Positions 43,120 through 56,920 of a stretch of DNA of 64,000 nucleotides are shown one piece after another. Below the pieces are notes generated by a model. The model saw only the letters and a program-made list of their open reading frames with translations, made no database searches and was not told where the DNA came from. The stretch comes from the human T2T-CHM13v2.0 reference genome, Homo sapiens. Positions within the stretch are counted from its first letter, which is position 1, and every line of letters begins with the position of its first letter. The position numbers were made by a program, and so were the translations under genes. The stretch is taken from the NCBI RefSeq assembly GCF_009914755.1, contig NC_060937.1, one strand, 5' to 3'.

Positions 43120-43510
43120 TCCAAATTCGATAATTGTGAAATTCTGTGACACTCTTAATACTGAATTATGAAGCTGAACTGAGCTTTCCTAAATTATATT
43201 AAAAAGCTAATCTTGATAAACTATGCTAGAGGAAAAACTGAATTATCTGTTATCTCTGTGGAATATGTTGCAAAATCATTTTCATATGAAGAAGCAATCA
43301 GCATAGAGCCAAGAAAGGTGGGGGAAAGTATTATGGGCTGTGCCAAGCACCTGAATAATAGAATGATGTTATTTTTCTGGATTTTGTGGTATCTGTAGTA
43401 TTCGTCAGCTTTTTTAAATTAGTAATTTTTTGATTCACTTTTATTATTTTCCTACAGAAGGCCATTCAAACTGTGAAAGCTGCAAGCATCACAAAACTTG
43501 GATCTGCTTA
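43120..43510 (+). mobile_element. Decayed hAT transposase C-terminus (Zaphod/Tip100-like)
   Basis: Frameshifted peptides EAELSFPKL, MLEEKLNYL and SFSYEEAI resemble the hAT dimerisation domain. Confidence 0.5.
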
Positions 43511-44688
43511 GGCCAAAGGGGTGCTTGAGATTAGCAGAAAATAATTGCGTATATTTGGAAACATGTAAAAAGCCATTTTTAACATTTAATATATCTTATT
43601 GAGGTAAAACAAGGATTGGATTGTCAAATCAGACTGACAAGATTCAGAGCTTTCTTTTACCCAGTCACAAGAAAATAATGGCAGTATCCAAAACCACTAA
43701 CCCAGGTCCCCAGGGCTTCCCCGAATTCCTTAGAACACATTCTGGCTTAGATCTCGCAGGTGAGGTCTCTGAGTAAGTTATGCCGGTGAACACTTACACA
43801 GATGGAGCTCTTTCAGTCAGGAACTATCTCCGTTTTATACTGAAATAATTACATGGTGGACACTGACATTTTCCACTGGGCCATTCCATGTATTAATATA
43901 TCGATCAATTCCGGGTTTATTTACCTTAGGCCATCTAGACAGACCAGGTGTACCCTGCTAAAAAGCATTTCATAGACAAGGACTCCCCATTCTCTTTCCA
44001 CCAGAATATACCTTGCATGTTTACAAGGAGATTTGATTTGGTCATTTCCACCTGGCCATCTCAGGATAGGAATAATTGGCTAAAAACCAGCTGCTGTCAC
44101 TTAACTTCTAACTTTTCTCCCCTGTCTTTTTTTCTTACCAGATCCTTCTAAAAAAAATAATTCTCTAAAACTAGTGAATAATTGTGGCTGAGGTCTTTAA
44201 ATGAAAATTACCATCATACCATTATAGAAGAGAACAATATTTTGAAATCATGGCACTTTTGGGGCTTTTACCCCTGGGTAATGCACCAGAGTAAGATTTA
44301 GGGAGCTGTGTATTTCTTGCATAAAGTGGGAAAAGTTTTAGTGTGAAAGGAGGAGTAGGAAAAAAGATACTAGGAAATAGCACATAAAAAATTAAAATCT
44401 GGGTATTGATTATCTTATCTTATATCCCTGTAAATTTCTGCATACCTCCAGTGGTATACATACCCCGGTCAAATATTTTTACATCACATACTTGTAGCAG
44501 AGAGTCTGGGACCACTAGTTCTAGAATCCAAGAACCCGAGTTTGAAGCCACCTTCATCTCACAGTTGTTGCCACTTAAACACTCTGACCTGTTTTCTCAT
44601 CTGTAATATGGGGATGTGATAATAGAATCTGCCTCACAGGGTGGTTACCTAAATTAACTGAAGTAACTCATTTAAAGTTGGCACTCAA

Positions 44689-44824
44689 GCCAGGTGCAGC
44701 AGCTCACACCTGTAATCCCAGTACTTTAGGAGGCTGAGGCAGAAGGATCACTTGAGACCAGGAGTTCAAGACCACCCTGGGCAACAAACAAGACCTCATC
44801 TCTAATTTTGAAAAAAAAAAAAAA
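44689..44824 (+). mobile_element. FLAM monomer inserted in a MIR
   Basis: Left-arm Alu with poly-A; TSD AAAGTT(G/T)GCACTCAA; MIR core at ~44595-44620. Confidence 0.88.
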
Positions 44825-46163
44825 GTTTGCACTCAATAAATATTGGTAGTAATACATGAATTTCTTCTCTTCTTGCTGACATTCTTTAATGATTAGCAAA
44901 GATCAATTTGGTTCTAAGCAAATCTGTATGTTTTTTAAAGTCTGTCTTCCTTAAGATTGATGAAGTTGTTTTCTCTTGGCAAAGAATTTATTTCACTGTA
45001 CAAAAATTGGTAAATATGAACACTATTGTAACCCTGTCACAGTGCCATTAATAAAACAGTAGTAGTATACATAGCATTATTTTAATAACGTAAATGTTCT
45101 CGGAAGAAAAATCTACTTGTTAATGGACTTTAGGAATGATATATGCCTATTTGGGTTTTAGGCATGCAATACCCATTATACTTACAAATCCTGGGTGATT
45201 ATGCTAAAGACTTTTGTGTAGAAGCCTGTAGTTTAGTTAGATGAATGTGCTAAAAGTTTCAATCATAAATTATGCTAGATTCAATTTCATTCAGGTTGTC
45301 ATTTCTTTTATTCACATGCTGAAAATATAGTATTTTTTCTTTTCATCTATTATATAATATTGTCAGTGGGTATTAGAAAACCCAGAGAGTATATCACATA
45401 ATGATGAATATCATTAAAATGAGAAATGTCCAAATTAGCCATGAATTGAGTTAGATGTCAGGGTATCCATCTCATGAAGTGAACTTAGGTTATCACTAAT
45501 GATATAACCGAATTGCTCCAAGCTCATGTTGAAATCAGTGGGATGACTCGATGTAAACTAAAACTCCTTGTGAGTACATTATGTTGAGGGTTAATGTTTT
45601 AATAATGTTCTAAAAGTTGTACATGAGGTAAGGTTTCTGACCTGTGATCTCATTACTTTTTTCTTTCTTGAACTCTACATTATATGAAAAGCATGCATTT
45701 GACAAAAGATCAATAATTGTGATGTTCTTAGTAAAGTATAACTTTCCTCTTGCAGACCAAATATAGTGGATGATGGGCAATTTACTGATTAAAAATGGAA
45801 AACAATTCCTTTAACATTTCTTACTAACCTAATTTGACTTGGTACTAGCTAAATTGTACTTTTTATATTATGTTATAAATAGGCTACTGGGTTGGCTATC
45901 TTATTTTCTATTATATGTATAACAGAGTGGTGGAGTGGGATTTAAAACCAGACACCAAAATTCTTCTAATAACTGCATTCCTTTAGGAAAATACATTGGT
46001 AAGCCACCTAGATTCAAGATGAGTCACCAAGGACACAGGCAAAATCAGACAGATAAATGAGAGAATACTTACACAGCATTTTGTAATACTGTCACTACAT
46101 TACAAATGAGCAAAGATTTGCACAAGTGGAGTAGGGAATGAGAAGCAGTGAAAACTGAGAAGA

Positions 46164-46587
<424 letters not shown>

Positions 46588-47729
46588 CTACATTTTCTGA
46601 ATACTTTAGAGCAGTTTGCCAAAAAATGCTGTGTTTTGTCTTGTTTTGTTTTATTTTGCTTTGTCTAGAAATGTAGGAAAAAGGCTCACCATTCATCTTG
46701 TTTACATGGTACAGAGCAAGACAAATATGTAAAGAATGAGACGAAGAATGATGCTGAGAGAACCCATGAACTGAGCTCCTTAGGGAAAGGAAAGGCTCAG
46801 AGCCAAAAATGTCCTCGAGACTGTAAGCCCCTGGGGAGACCCTTGGACATTTTGAAGAAGGCATTAGATTTTCTATGAGAGGTGGGAATGGAAGCTCAAA
46901 GCAAATGTCAATGCCCTCCAGCCAAATACAACCAAGAATACACTGGAGGTTTTTAGCAAACTGGGTTTATTACTTATTGAAGTGAGGGAGAACACACACC
47001 ATGGGGAGTTAGGAGACATCTCGGTAAAAGGGTGTTAGAAAGGCCCTATTATAGCATTTGGGCTTGTGTTAGGTGATTTTGGTTTGGTATAAGGAACTGG
47101 GCTTTGCTCTGGGTTGGGCGCTGTCAGGAATCAGGAATAATTCTTTGATCGGGGATTTTAAACCTTATCTAGGAGGGAAGATGAGAGCCACACCAGAACT
47201 GTAATTAGGAAAGAAGCAGCAGTCACTCGTATTAGCCAAGACAGGCAGATGTTTGACCATTTTTTTGTGGTTTCGACAACATTCAAATACTCTGTTCAGA
47301 CATGATTTCAGAGTGGTTGTGTTTTTGTCTTGATCCTTCAGTAGTCACAGAGTGGTCTTGTCTGACATGCATGTTCTGTGAATTGTTTATGTTCAGTTGG
47401 TTAACTCCAAGGCCTACACAGAGGTAACAGTCCAACTCCTGGCAACACCTGGAAAGCTAGGCCTATTCAGATGTCAAAGGATGCTTTCTTTCTTTCTCAC
47501 AGACTTTATGAAGTAGAGTAACCTTAGATGACACTGGGTTAGATCTATTTTATCAGATTGAGGGCTGGTTGATTAAATTCTATTCCCCCCTTTAAACCAT
47601 GTCATTAAAAAGAAAACCTATGTCATGTTTTAATCAGCCAATTAGTTGATTAACAATAGCTATTTGATGTCCTTTGTAGGTAGAGGACTATAACAAAAGA
47701 AGCATAAAGGAGGTTTTTTTCTACATCAT

Positions 47730-48292
47730 AAGATGTTCTACCATGAGCATCCCTTCCTTAAAAAAGTAATCTCACGCTGTCCAGGAAAAGGTGAATAACT
47801 TAGCAGACCTTGATTGCCTAGACCCTGCACTGTTCCAAGAAAGGCCTGGTCTTCAGGACTGTCCTCTGCACTTGAGGAATATTCTGTTCTGATAAGAATG
47901 GTTTTTTTATGCCTTTTGCCTGTGGGAGCTTGATTCTGAGTTGCGGAGGTCAACCCTACAGGCACTGCATGCCTATAAGGTTGATCCCCAATAAAAATCC
48001 TGGACACCAAGGCTCAGGTGAGCATCCCTGATTAATAACACTTTGCACATGTTGTCATGCATCATTGCTAAAAGAATTAAGCATGCCTGTGCCACTCCAC
48101 TGAGAGAGGATATGTTGGAGCTTGCGCCTGTTTTCTCCTGGACTTTGCCTCTGTGCACCTTTTCCCATTGCTAATTTTAATGTATATTCTTTTGCTGTAA
48201 TAAACCAGAACTGTGGGTATAATTGCTTTCCTAAGTCCTGTGAGTCCTCCTAGTGAACTGTCAATTCTGAGCATGGTCTTGGAGACCCATGA
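47730..48292 (+). mobile_element. MER21-like LTR
   Basis: CCCCAATAAAAATCCTGGACACCAAGGCTCAGGTGAGC and a terminal GTCCTGTGAGTCCTCCTAGTGAA...GGTCTTGGAGACCC. Confidence 0.72.
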
Positions 48293-48671
48293 TTAATTCT
48301 CCAACTGTATGCCTTCTTTACAGCCAATTCTACTCTACGTGGATTTACTTCTTTAATCTTTTTTCACAAGAAAATAAATTTCAGTTTTGGCATACTTTTA
48401 ATAATAGCTGAAGAGGAAACTAGACCTAGAAACAGAAAATGTAAGTAAAGAAGACAAGGTAAAAGTAGAAATGTTTACAACAAAAATCTTGAGAGAGATA
48501 AAGTAAGTCTGCTCTTTAGGATTGTATTGATTCATTCATTCATTCAAACAATATTTATTAAGCACCTGCTTTGTATCAGGCAATTGCTTGATAATGGAGT
48601 TGCAGTGATCTTTAGAACAGATGTGGGTATGTGGGTTCACAACACATACTTTATGTTTTTGTTGTTGGTTT

Positions 48672-48825
48672 TCTTTTTTGAGTCAGCACCTTGCTTTGTT
48701 GCCAGGCTGGAGTGCAGTGGAACTATCATAGCTCACTAAGGCTTTAAACTCCTGGGCTTAAGTGATCCTCCCGCCTCAGCCTCCTGAGTAACTGGGATTA
48801 CAGGCATGCACCACCATGCCTAGCT
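48672..48825 (-). mobile_element. Alu monomer (FRAM-like)
   Basis: Reverse Alu arm. Confidence 0.85.
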
Positions 48826-49292
48826 CTACAACATGTATTTTGTATTAAGTTATCATGGCAGAGCTAACTCTATACAATTCTGAGTGCCAGAAAGGAAATG
48901 TGGGAAACACCCAAGAGGTCATATCTGTTTTCAATATCCACATAACATAATCTTGCTCTGAAATCAGTGAGGCCTGGAAAGGGACAGCTATTTTCAGTCA
49001 AAAAAATAAAGGTTTGGAATATTGGAACAGCACAGAAAATGACATGCCAACATATCTCCTACTATATATGTTACTTGCAACAAAGCAAAGTAAATTTATA
49101 AACATCTCATAAAACTGTGAAAGTGTAAAATCATGAGAAGTTTCTAGTAAGTGTAAACCAAAAATAAAATTCTAAGGCTCCCCCCAACCATCTGAATGGA
49201 CTTTCTTCTCAGCCAGGGCTCTTTTAAAATTTAACCTGAGAGACTGTTTCAGGCCATGATGGGAAGTGGGGGTCGAAACATGACTCATTATA

Positions 49293-49377
49293 TTAGGTTG
49301 GTGCAAAGGTAATTGCAGTTTTTCTCATTAAAGTAATGGCAAAAAAAAACCCCACAATTACCTTTGCACTAACGTAA
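49293..49377. mobile_element. MADE1 (Hsmar1 MITE)
   Basis: TA|TTAGGTTGGTGCAAAGGTAATTG ... CAATTACCTTTGCACTAACGTAA|TA. Confidence 0.93.
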
Positions 49378-49421
49378 TAGCTCCTTGGCATTAACATCAA
49401 CACAGACTTTAAGTCTGATAA

Positions 49422-49903
49422 TATGGGGGTTCAGTCAGGCTGGTGGGAAAAAGTTATAGAGAATATACACAAATCCTTTGGGAAGGCCTGAGGGTTTTTA
49501 CATATAGTACTTAGCTGAAGGCAGCCTTGTCCCCTTAGTTAAATAAATTAGAGTAGAAACAAAGGAATGTGGAGAGTTTACCTAACTAGCTTGTTTACTC
49601 ATGTGGTCCTAAGACTAACTTTTGATCTACTATGGGTGCTTAATTGCCTTCTACTCCGGAGTCTACAATATCAATTACCCCCTAGTGGTGTTGACTCAAG
49701 CCTTTGTCAATTAATCTTTACTGAATAAATACGAGTCTTGCTGGCGAGTCTCGCTGGCTGGTCGAGGCCGTGCTTTACAGCACTCTGCTTGGAGTCTGTA
49801 AGCAGCCTGGACGCTCTGCTGGATTGGCAAAGCAGAATAGCTGTATGTCAGTGTACTTTATTCATCCATCATTGGGTCAGGGTCTGTGGGACAGACCCCC
49901 ACA
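49422..49903 (+). mobile_element. LTR22-family solo LTR (HERV-K HML-5)
   Basis: GGGGTTCAGTCAGGCTGGTGGGAAAAA start, GGACAGACCCCCACA end; 6-bp TSD TGATAA (49416-49421 / 49904-49909). Confidence 0.85.
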
Positions 49904-52900
49904 TGATAAACATTTTACAACCTATTCTCTCTGAAGTCTACCACCTGAAGGCTTCCTTTGCAAATAAGAACTTGGGTCTCCACAATCCTTTGTCTTAATC
50001 CAGACAGCCTGCCCTTTCTGTTGATCCCAGGTCTTTAGACAAACTCAACCGTTGACCAGAAAATGTTTAAATTTACCAGTAGCCTGGAAGCCCTCCTACT
50101 TAAAGTTGTCCCCCCTTTCTGGACTGAACCAATGTATTTCTTAAATGTATTTAATTGATGTCTCATGCCTCCCTAAAATGTATAAAACCAAGCTGCACCT
50201 CGAACACCTTGGGCACATGTTCTCAGGACCTCCTGAAGGCTGTGTCACAGACCACGATCACTCATATTTGGCTCAGAATAAATCTCTTCAAATATCTTAC
50301 AGAGTTTGACTCTTTTTGTCAACATAAGTAAGGGAGGATACATGGAAGTTAGTGTGCATGATTTACTAAATTGAAATTTGTAAAATATTTCATATGTTAT
50401 TCTGTGTATTAAAAGTGCTTTATTTCAAGAAATGTAAAGATAAGTGCTTTTAAAGACAGTTTTAATCATTATCCCTCAAACCTATTTTCCCCACCAATAT
50501 GTGAATGTCTTAATGTAGAAATTCTTCCTCCACTTGAGAAAGGCAACTGTCCCTTTCCTCGTAAAGGCTGCACTTCCTAGGTTCTCAGGGTTGTGGTTGC
50601 CCTGGGGGTCCAGGTAACCATCAACTAAGAACCCTCCTTGGAGTGAGGCAGAGCGTGGATGCTCCCGCTCTTACAACCATGGATACCTAATCAGTTTTTT
50701 TCAAGGGTGGATGGTTGGCTTTATCTGGGACCTGCTTCCTGAGGAGGCAAGTGCATGAGTGAAACTTTTGTAATTCAAGCCCCTTGCGCATTGATGGCCA
50801 TCACCCATGGGATAGTTTTCTGGGAGTGCAGATTAGACCTGACCAGTCACAAGTCATCTTTGCTGGTACAGAGGCGAGTTGTTGGAAACAGTCATTTTCT
50901 TAGAAGAATGTGAAGGTATGGCCTCCTTGGAAAAAGCCCCTGAGGCCCCTGGTAAGGATTCTGCTGAAATTCAGGATTCAGGGGAGAAGAGGAATGTCCT
51001 ACGCTGTGCAGCCTGCAGCAAGTCACACCCACAGAACTTCTGTTTAAACACTGCTTGTCTTTTTATAAAAGGAACCTATAAGTGGAATGTGAAAGAACCC
51101 TTTGGCAAAACAGCAAAGTGGTTAAGAATTATGCATTATTAAAATAATCACTGGTTATGTTCAGGTATTCTCTGTATACTTATAAAAGGTTTTTAAATTC
51201 TATGTAATTGTGGATTACAAGAATAAAGAGACTATCTTTAGTGCTGGTTCACTGTATCATCAGTCAGACACTAGCCCTTCATGAATAGGTTATTTATGGG
51301 GGCAGCCAGGAAGAAAAATGTGTGATGAATTGCTGGCAAAATCCACTGAACACCAGGAATTCATTGTTGAACATCCTTGATTGTCTTGGGAGAATTCCCA
51401 TTCCAGAACAGCTAACACTTTTCTGGCAATATGAAGGTTTTGGATGGAAAGATCGAGGCCCAGAAATTCCAGCTCCAGGACTCTCAGTTCTTGGAGCTGG
51501 TCCATCCGAGCCTGATTGCCCAAATGAACTGATATTATAGCTGATTACCAGGAACACAATACTAAACAGATTTAAATGCGTCAGTTCATAAAATGTTCAT
51601 AAGCAAAGTCACTATTCATAGAAAAAAAAAGAAAAACCTGCTATTTTATGAGATTTGGCAAAAATACGCCAACATTTATATTTTTACAGTTAAAATTTTC
51701 AAACGATTCTTCCCAGAAACTCTTGTTTTTTTGTTATTCAATCATATTCATTTTATGGTCTTTATTTCTTAGTCTTTTTTGCATGTTTGGATTTCTAATT
51801 GCTGCTGTGTCTTTAAAAAATAAAGCTCTTTTTCGTAAAGCAATACTAACTTGAAAAACCATCATCTCCCTGACACAGCTGCAAAGACTTATTGCTGTCA
51901 TGACTAATATATGAAGAGGAGAAATGAAAGTTGAATTTACCTATTTTTTTCTCATAGTCCCAGTTTGGCTCGAACAATTGGTACTGTATTACTATTACTG
52001 ACAAAAAGAAGCTATTGGCCATTTTTAAAACTCTCATTCAGGACACAAGTAGGTCTTGAGAATCCCTGTTTCTTTTAAAAGAGTCAGTTCTGCAATCCAA
52101 AATATTTCCTTAGTTTAATTTATATGTAGAGAAGTCCCTGTAGTGTCAGATCACAGCATAGCTGAGCATCACTGAACTATATTTAGTCACAAGGTTTGAT
52201 TATAACAGCAGGGCACTTCTTAAGCAGTCCTGGAGACGTGGAAATTAAAATGCTAAGAAAATCGTATTTTAAGTAGCCCACACAAACTACATATATATTA
52301 AGCCTACTTGCCAAGTCTTTAAGTTACTCCATCAGAATAAGTTAAAGGACTTTTGGAATTTGATTAACTTTTTTAGATAAAAAGAGTTCCCATTAACTTT
52401 TCTGCAAAATTAAATTGGGGATAAGACTAATAAATATTGTTTTGGGGGGCCAAGTGGAAGGTCTTCTGCTGACTGTTTTTTATTCATCATTCTATCTCAC
52501 CACCTCCCACCCCCAATGAACAAATAAGGTGGCTATGCTTAGATGAAGAAGTAGAAGCTCAGAAAGTTTATGTAATATGTTCCAAACCACAGCAAGTACC
52601 AGACAAAGCCCAGGTTCTCAAAGGTTGTTTTCAGAACTGTTATTTTATTGAAATTAACATTTTGTTGAATACCGTATGCTCAGCATGATTAGTTTCCCTA
52701 TATTGCCTTTAAACTCCTCCCCCACAAAATTATATGGAGTGGGGTTTATTGACATTACATAACACGGTCAAGGTCTTGTGACTAGTAAGTGGTAAAACTG
52801 TAATTTAAATTGGAGTCTTTGACTTTAAAACCTTAGCATGTTTTTCTTATACCACAGTGTCTTATTGTTTATCCAATTCCCAAGAGGTAATATACTTTGG

Positions 52901-53515
52901 AAAAATCTGAAACACCTTAGAAAAAAGAGTAATTTGCCAAGGCTAGAGATGGCCTCTTCAGGTTAGCTGTAAATATAGACATATACTTAATGCCATGGAC
53001 CATCACATGCAGCTGTTTGAGTCCTAACAGTCTTACCTACTACCTACATGAACTTAGGCAAGTCACTTACCCTCAAAGCTTGTTTCCAACTTGGCTTGTT
53101 GAGAAAGCAGTAACAACTTCATAGGATTGTATTTGGGATTAAATAAAATAACGTATGCAAAGCTCTGTACTCCACAAGAGACAGCAAATTGCAGTAGTCA
53201 AGAGCACAGATCCTGAAGCCAGCTGTTCAAATTCAGAGTCCAAATTCTGGATCTGCCACTGGCCAGCTTGGTGACCTTGGGCAAGTTTGCTGTATTCATC
53301 TGTGTCATCTGTGTCCTCACTGCTAAAACAGGGTAATGATAGTAACTGCTTCATGAGCCAGTATGTATAGGGCATTTAGGATAGTGCCTAGAACACTAAA
53401 CACTATGTAAGAGGTTGTTAATTTAAAAAAAAAAAAAAAAAAAACACCTCTTTGAACATAGTAGATGCTGAATTTTATTCTGCAATCACCCAGGTGGATT
53501 AAAAATAAATTTTTA

Positions 53516-53823
<308 letters not shown>

Positions 53824-54892
53824 TCAAATGAAATCAGCAGTTCTAGAATGATGAATGTTAGAGCTACCCTAGTAAGTTCACTGGATTTGGGGGCAGGAAG
53901 ATGAGGCAGAGAGGAAGGTGTTAAGAGTGTCTTTCAGATTTGGGGATTAGGTAACTAATCCCCAGATGACACTAGGAGCTATTTCATACTGAGATGGGGA
54001 AGAGAAGAATTATGCATATGGGAACAGTAAGAAGTAAAAGAACTAGCATTTGTACCGTCTCCCAAGTACCAGGCATTGTGCTAGGCACTTTGTATACAGA
54101 GTAACTCATTTCATTCTCATAACTACCGTTTGGGTTTTACTCTCTCTGTTTTTAGAGATCTGTGAAAATCTTTAAAGGCATGTGTTTTGCCATATATGCA
54201 AGTGAATCAACTTGCCAGATAAAAGTTTGCTGCCTAAATATGGTAAGAATTCTTCTTCTCTTGCCCCCTTCCCCCACTAAGCTCTGAATTTTCACATCAA
54301 TATTTATATTGCTATGTTAGAGTGGGCACTACTTTCACCAGAAAGTGACCCTTTTCTATTCTTGGTAGTTAGTCTTTTAATACCTCCATAGACAAAGAAC
54401 CTTTTGAGATGCCATGCAGGCTCTAAAGTTCTGTAATAACTTGGAAATCTGTGATGGTTAGACAACTCTGTCCAGAAATGTCTTGGGAGCTGTCATATTT
54501 CTCCAATACTCACATTAGACACAGACATACTATCATGGAGCTAAAATTCATGGTGTAACGATATTGCACATTAACCTCATAATGCTGTCTGTATCAATTT
54601 CAACATTAATATAATGTAACTGTTTCCAGGTGGAAGCAAACCAACTTATATACATGTTTTTATTGCAATCTTCTGAAAAATGCATGCCATCTGTATTACC
54701 TCAAACTTTTGGGAACAAAATACATTAAACTAAGCAGAACCTCAAATAGTCAAAAGAATCTGTCTTTTTCAGGATATTTCTGAACTCTCTAAAAGAAAAC
54801 AAGTTTTGAATTATAGAATACATAAATTTTTCAAACACAAGCACCACCAGAGGGAACATTAATATAATTTTTTTCAATCGCTTTGCATCATT

Positions 54893-55189
<297 letters not shown>

Positions 55190-55527
55190 CCTTTGCATCA
55201 CCCTAAAACCGCCTTTTCATTCTGATGGATAATTGAAACTGAAAACTTTCTAAACTTTACTAAGCATTTATTGCTACTATTTACATTTTTAATTATACTA
55301 CAACATTCTTATAGTAAGAAAGCTATTACTGATGACTATTGTAATCTCTATTGATATTTACAATTGATATTTTTGCTCTTTGGTTTTAAGACAAATTCTT
55401 GACTGCATGAATATCAATAATAAAAAGATTTTATGCCTGTGTGATGTTTCAAGGTTGTCAGCATGCTGTGCAAAAATTACCTTGAGCAATGCCTAGGACA
55501 CTCCATTGTAGGCAGGCATTATTATCA

Positions 55528-55869
<342 letters not shown>

Positions 55870-56854
55870 TACCCATGTTATGGAAGAAGAAACAGAGGCT
55901 CAGGAGGTGACCAGCTGTGAAGGGGTGTAGCTATACCCAGATCTAATGAGTCACAGCTGACTACATGTATTCACTACATCTTTGTTAAGCAACTTGTCCA
56001 GTAGTGACTCAGTTATTGAAAAAAGTGCATTTCAATATCATGCTCTGAATGAGACATTGCTCTCAGGATGCAGAATCCCTCGTTTCTTTCTCCCCTGTGT
56101 GCTCTGCATGAGGCCACCTGAGAAGATCTGGACTCATGCAGATCTTGAGTAGATCTTGAGTAGGAGGAGCCCTACTCCTCCACCAGGCTAACCCTCAGGG
56201 CTTGCTTGGTGCCTAAGATAGCCCACAGCTTGCTGCCCCTCAGCTGCTAGCCCAAAACCAACAGCAAGAAAGCAGACTGTAATGTGGAGGATACTTTTTT
56301 TTTTTTAAATGAGATTTTGTTCCTAGGAGACTCTAAAAATTAATACCTTATTCCACTGTTCTTTTTGGTTATGTAAGATTATTTTCCAAAATGCTGGCAG
56401 TAATTGTCCTCTGTATTAACTAATTTTCTGCTGGTGATTATTAACATGGTGAAAGGCAGAACTGCTAAATCGGGGCTTCCCACTCTTTAACATGCATACA
56501 CATCCTCTGAATATTTTTTTTAAAAAAAAGACAGATTCTGATTCAATAGGTCTAGGATGGTACCTGAGAGGCTGCATTTCTGGAAAGCCCCAAGGGACTG
56601 GTCCACAGACCACACTTTGAGTGGCATGGAACGAAAGTATTTCAAACAGTCCTTGTATTTGCCTGACGATCTGTGAGAACAGGATCAGTCTAAAGATGAG
56701 TAATGATTCTTTTTTCTGAAAACAATAACAACCAAAATGATTTCTAGTTGATTTTATTTTTCCCTATTTACTTTTTCTAGGAGAGTATGGGAATTAAATG
56801 GAATTCTCTTTCCTAGTGTTTGGGAATAAATCAGGTGTTGAGTTAAATAAGCAT

Positions 56855-56920
56855 CTCTCTCTCTCTCTCTCTCTGTCCCTCTTTTTGTCTGTCTCTCTTT
56901 CTTTCTCTCTCTCTCTCTCT
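56855..56920 (+). repeat. (CT)n interrupted microsatellite
   Basis: Direct reading. Confidence 0.88.

Larger units (their letters stand above)
49152..50324 (+). mobile_element. MER4-family solo LTR (ERV1) hosting MADE1 and LTR22
   Basis: TGTAAACCAAAAATAAAATTCTAAG...TGTCAACA; 4-bp TSD TAAG (49148-49151 / 50325-50328). Confidence 0.88.
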
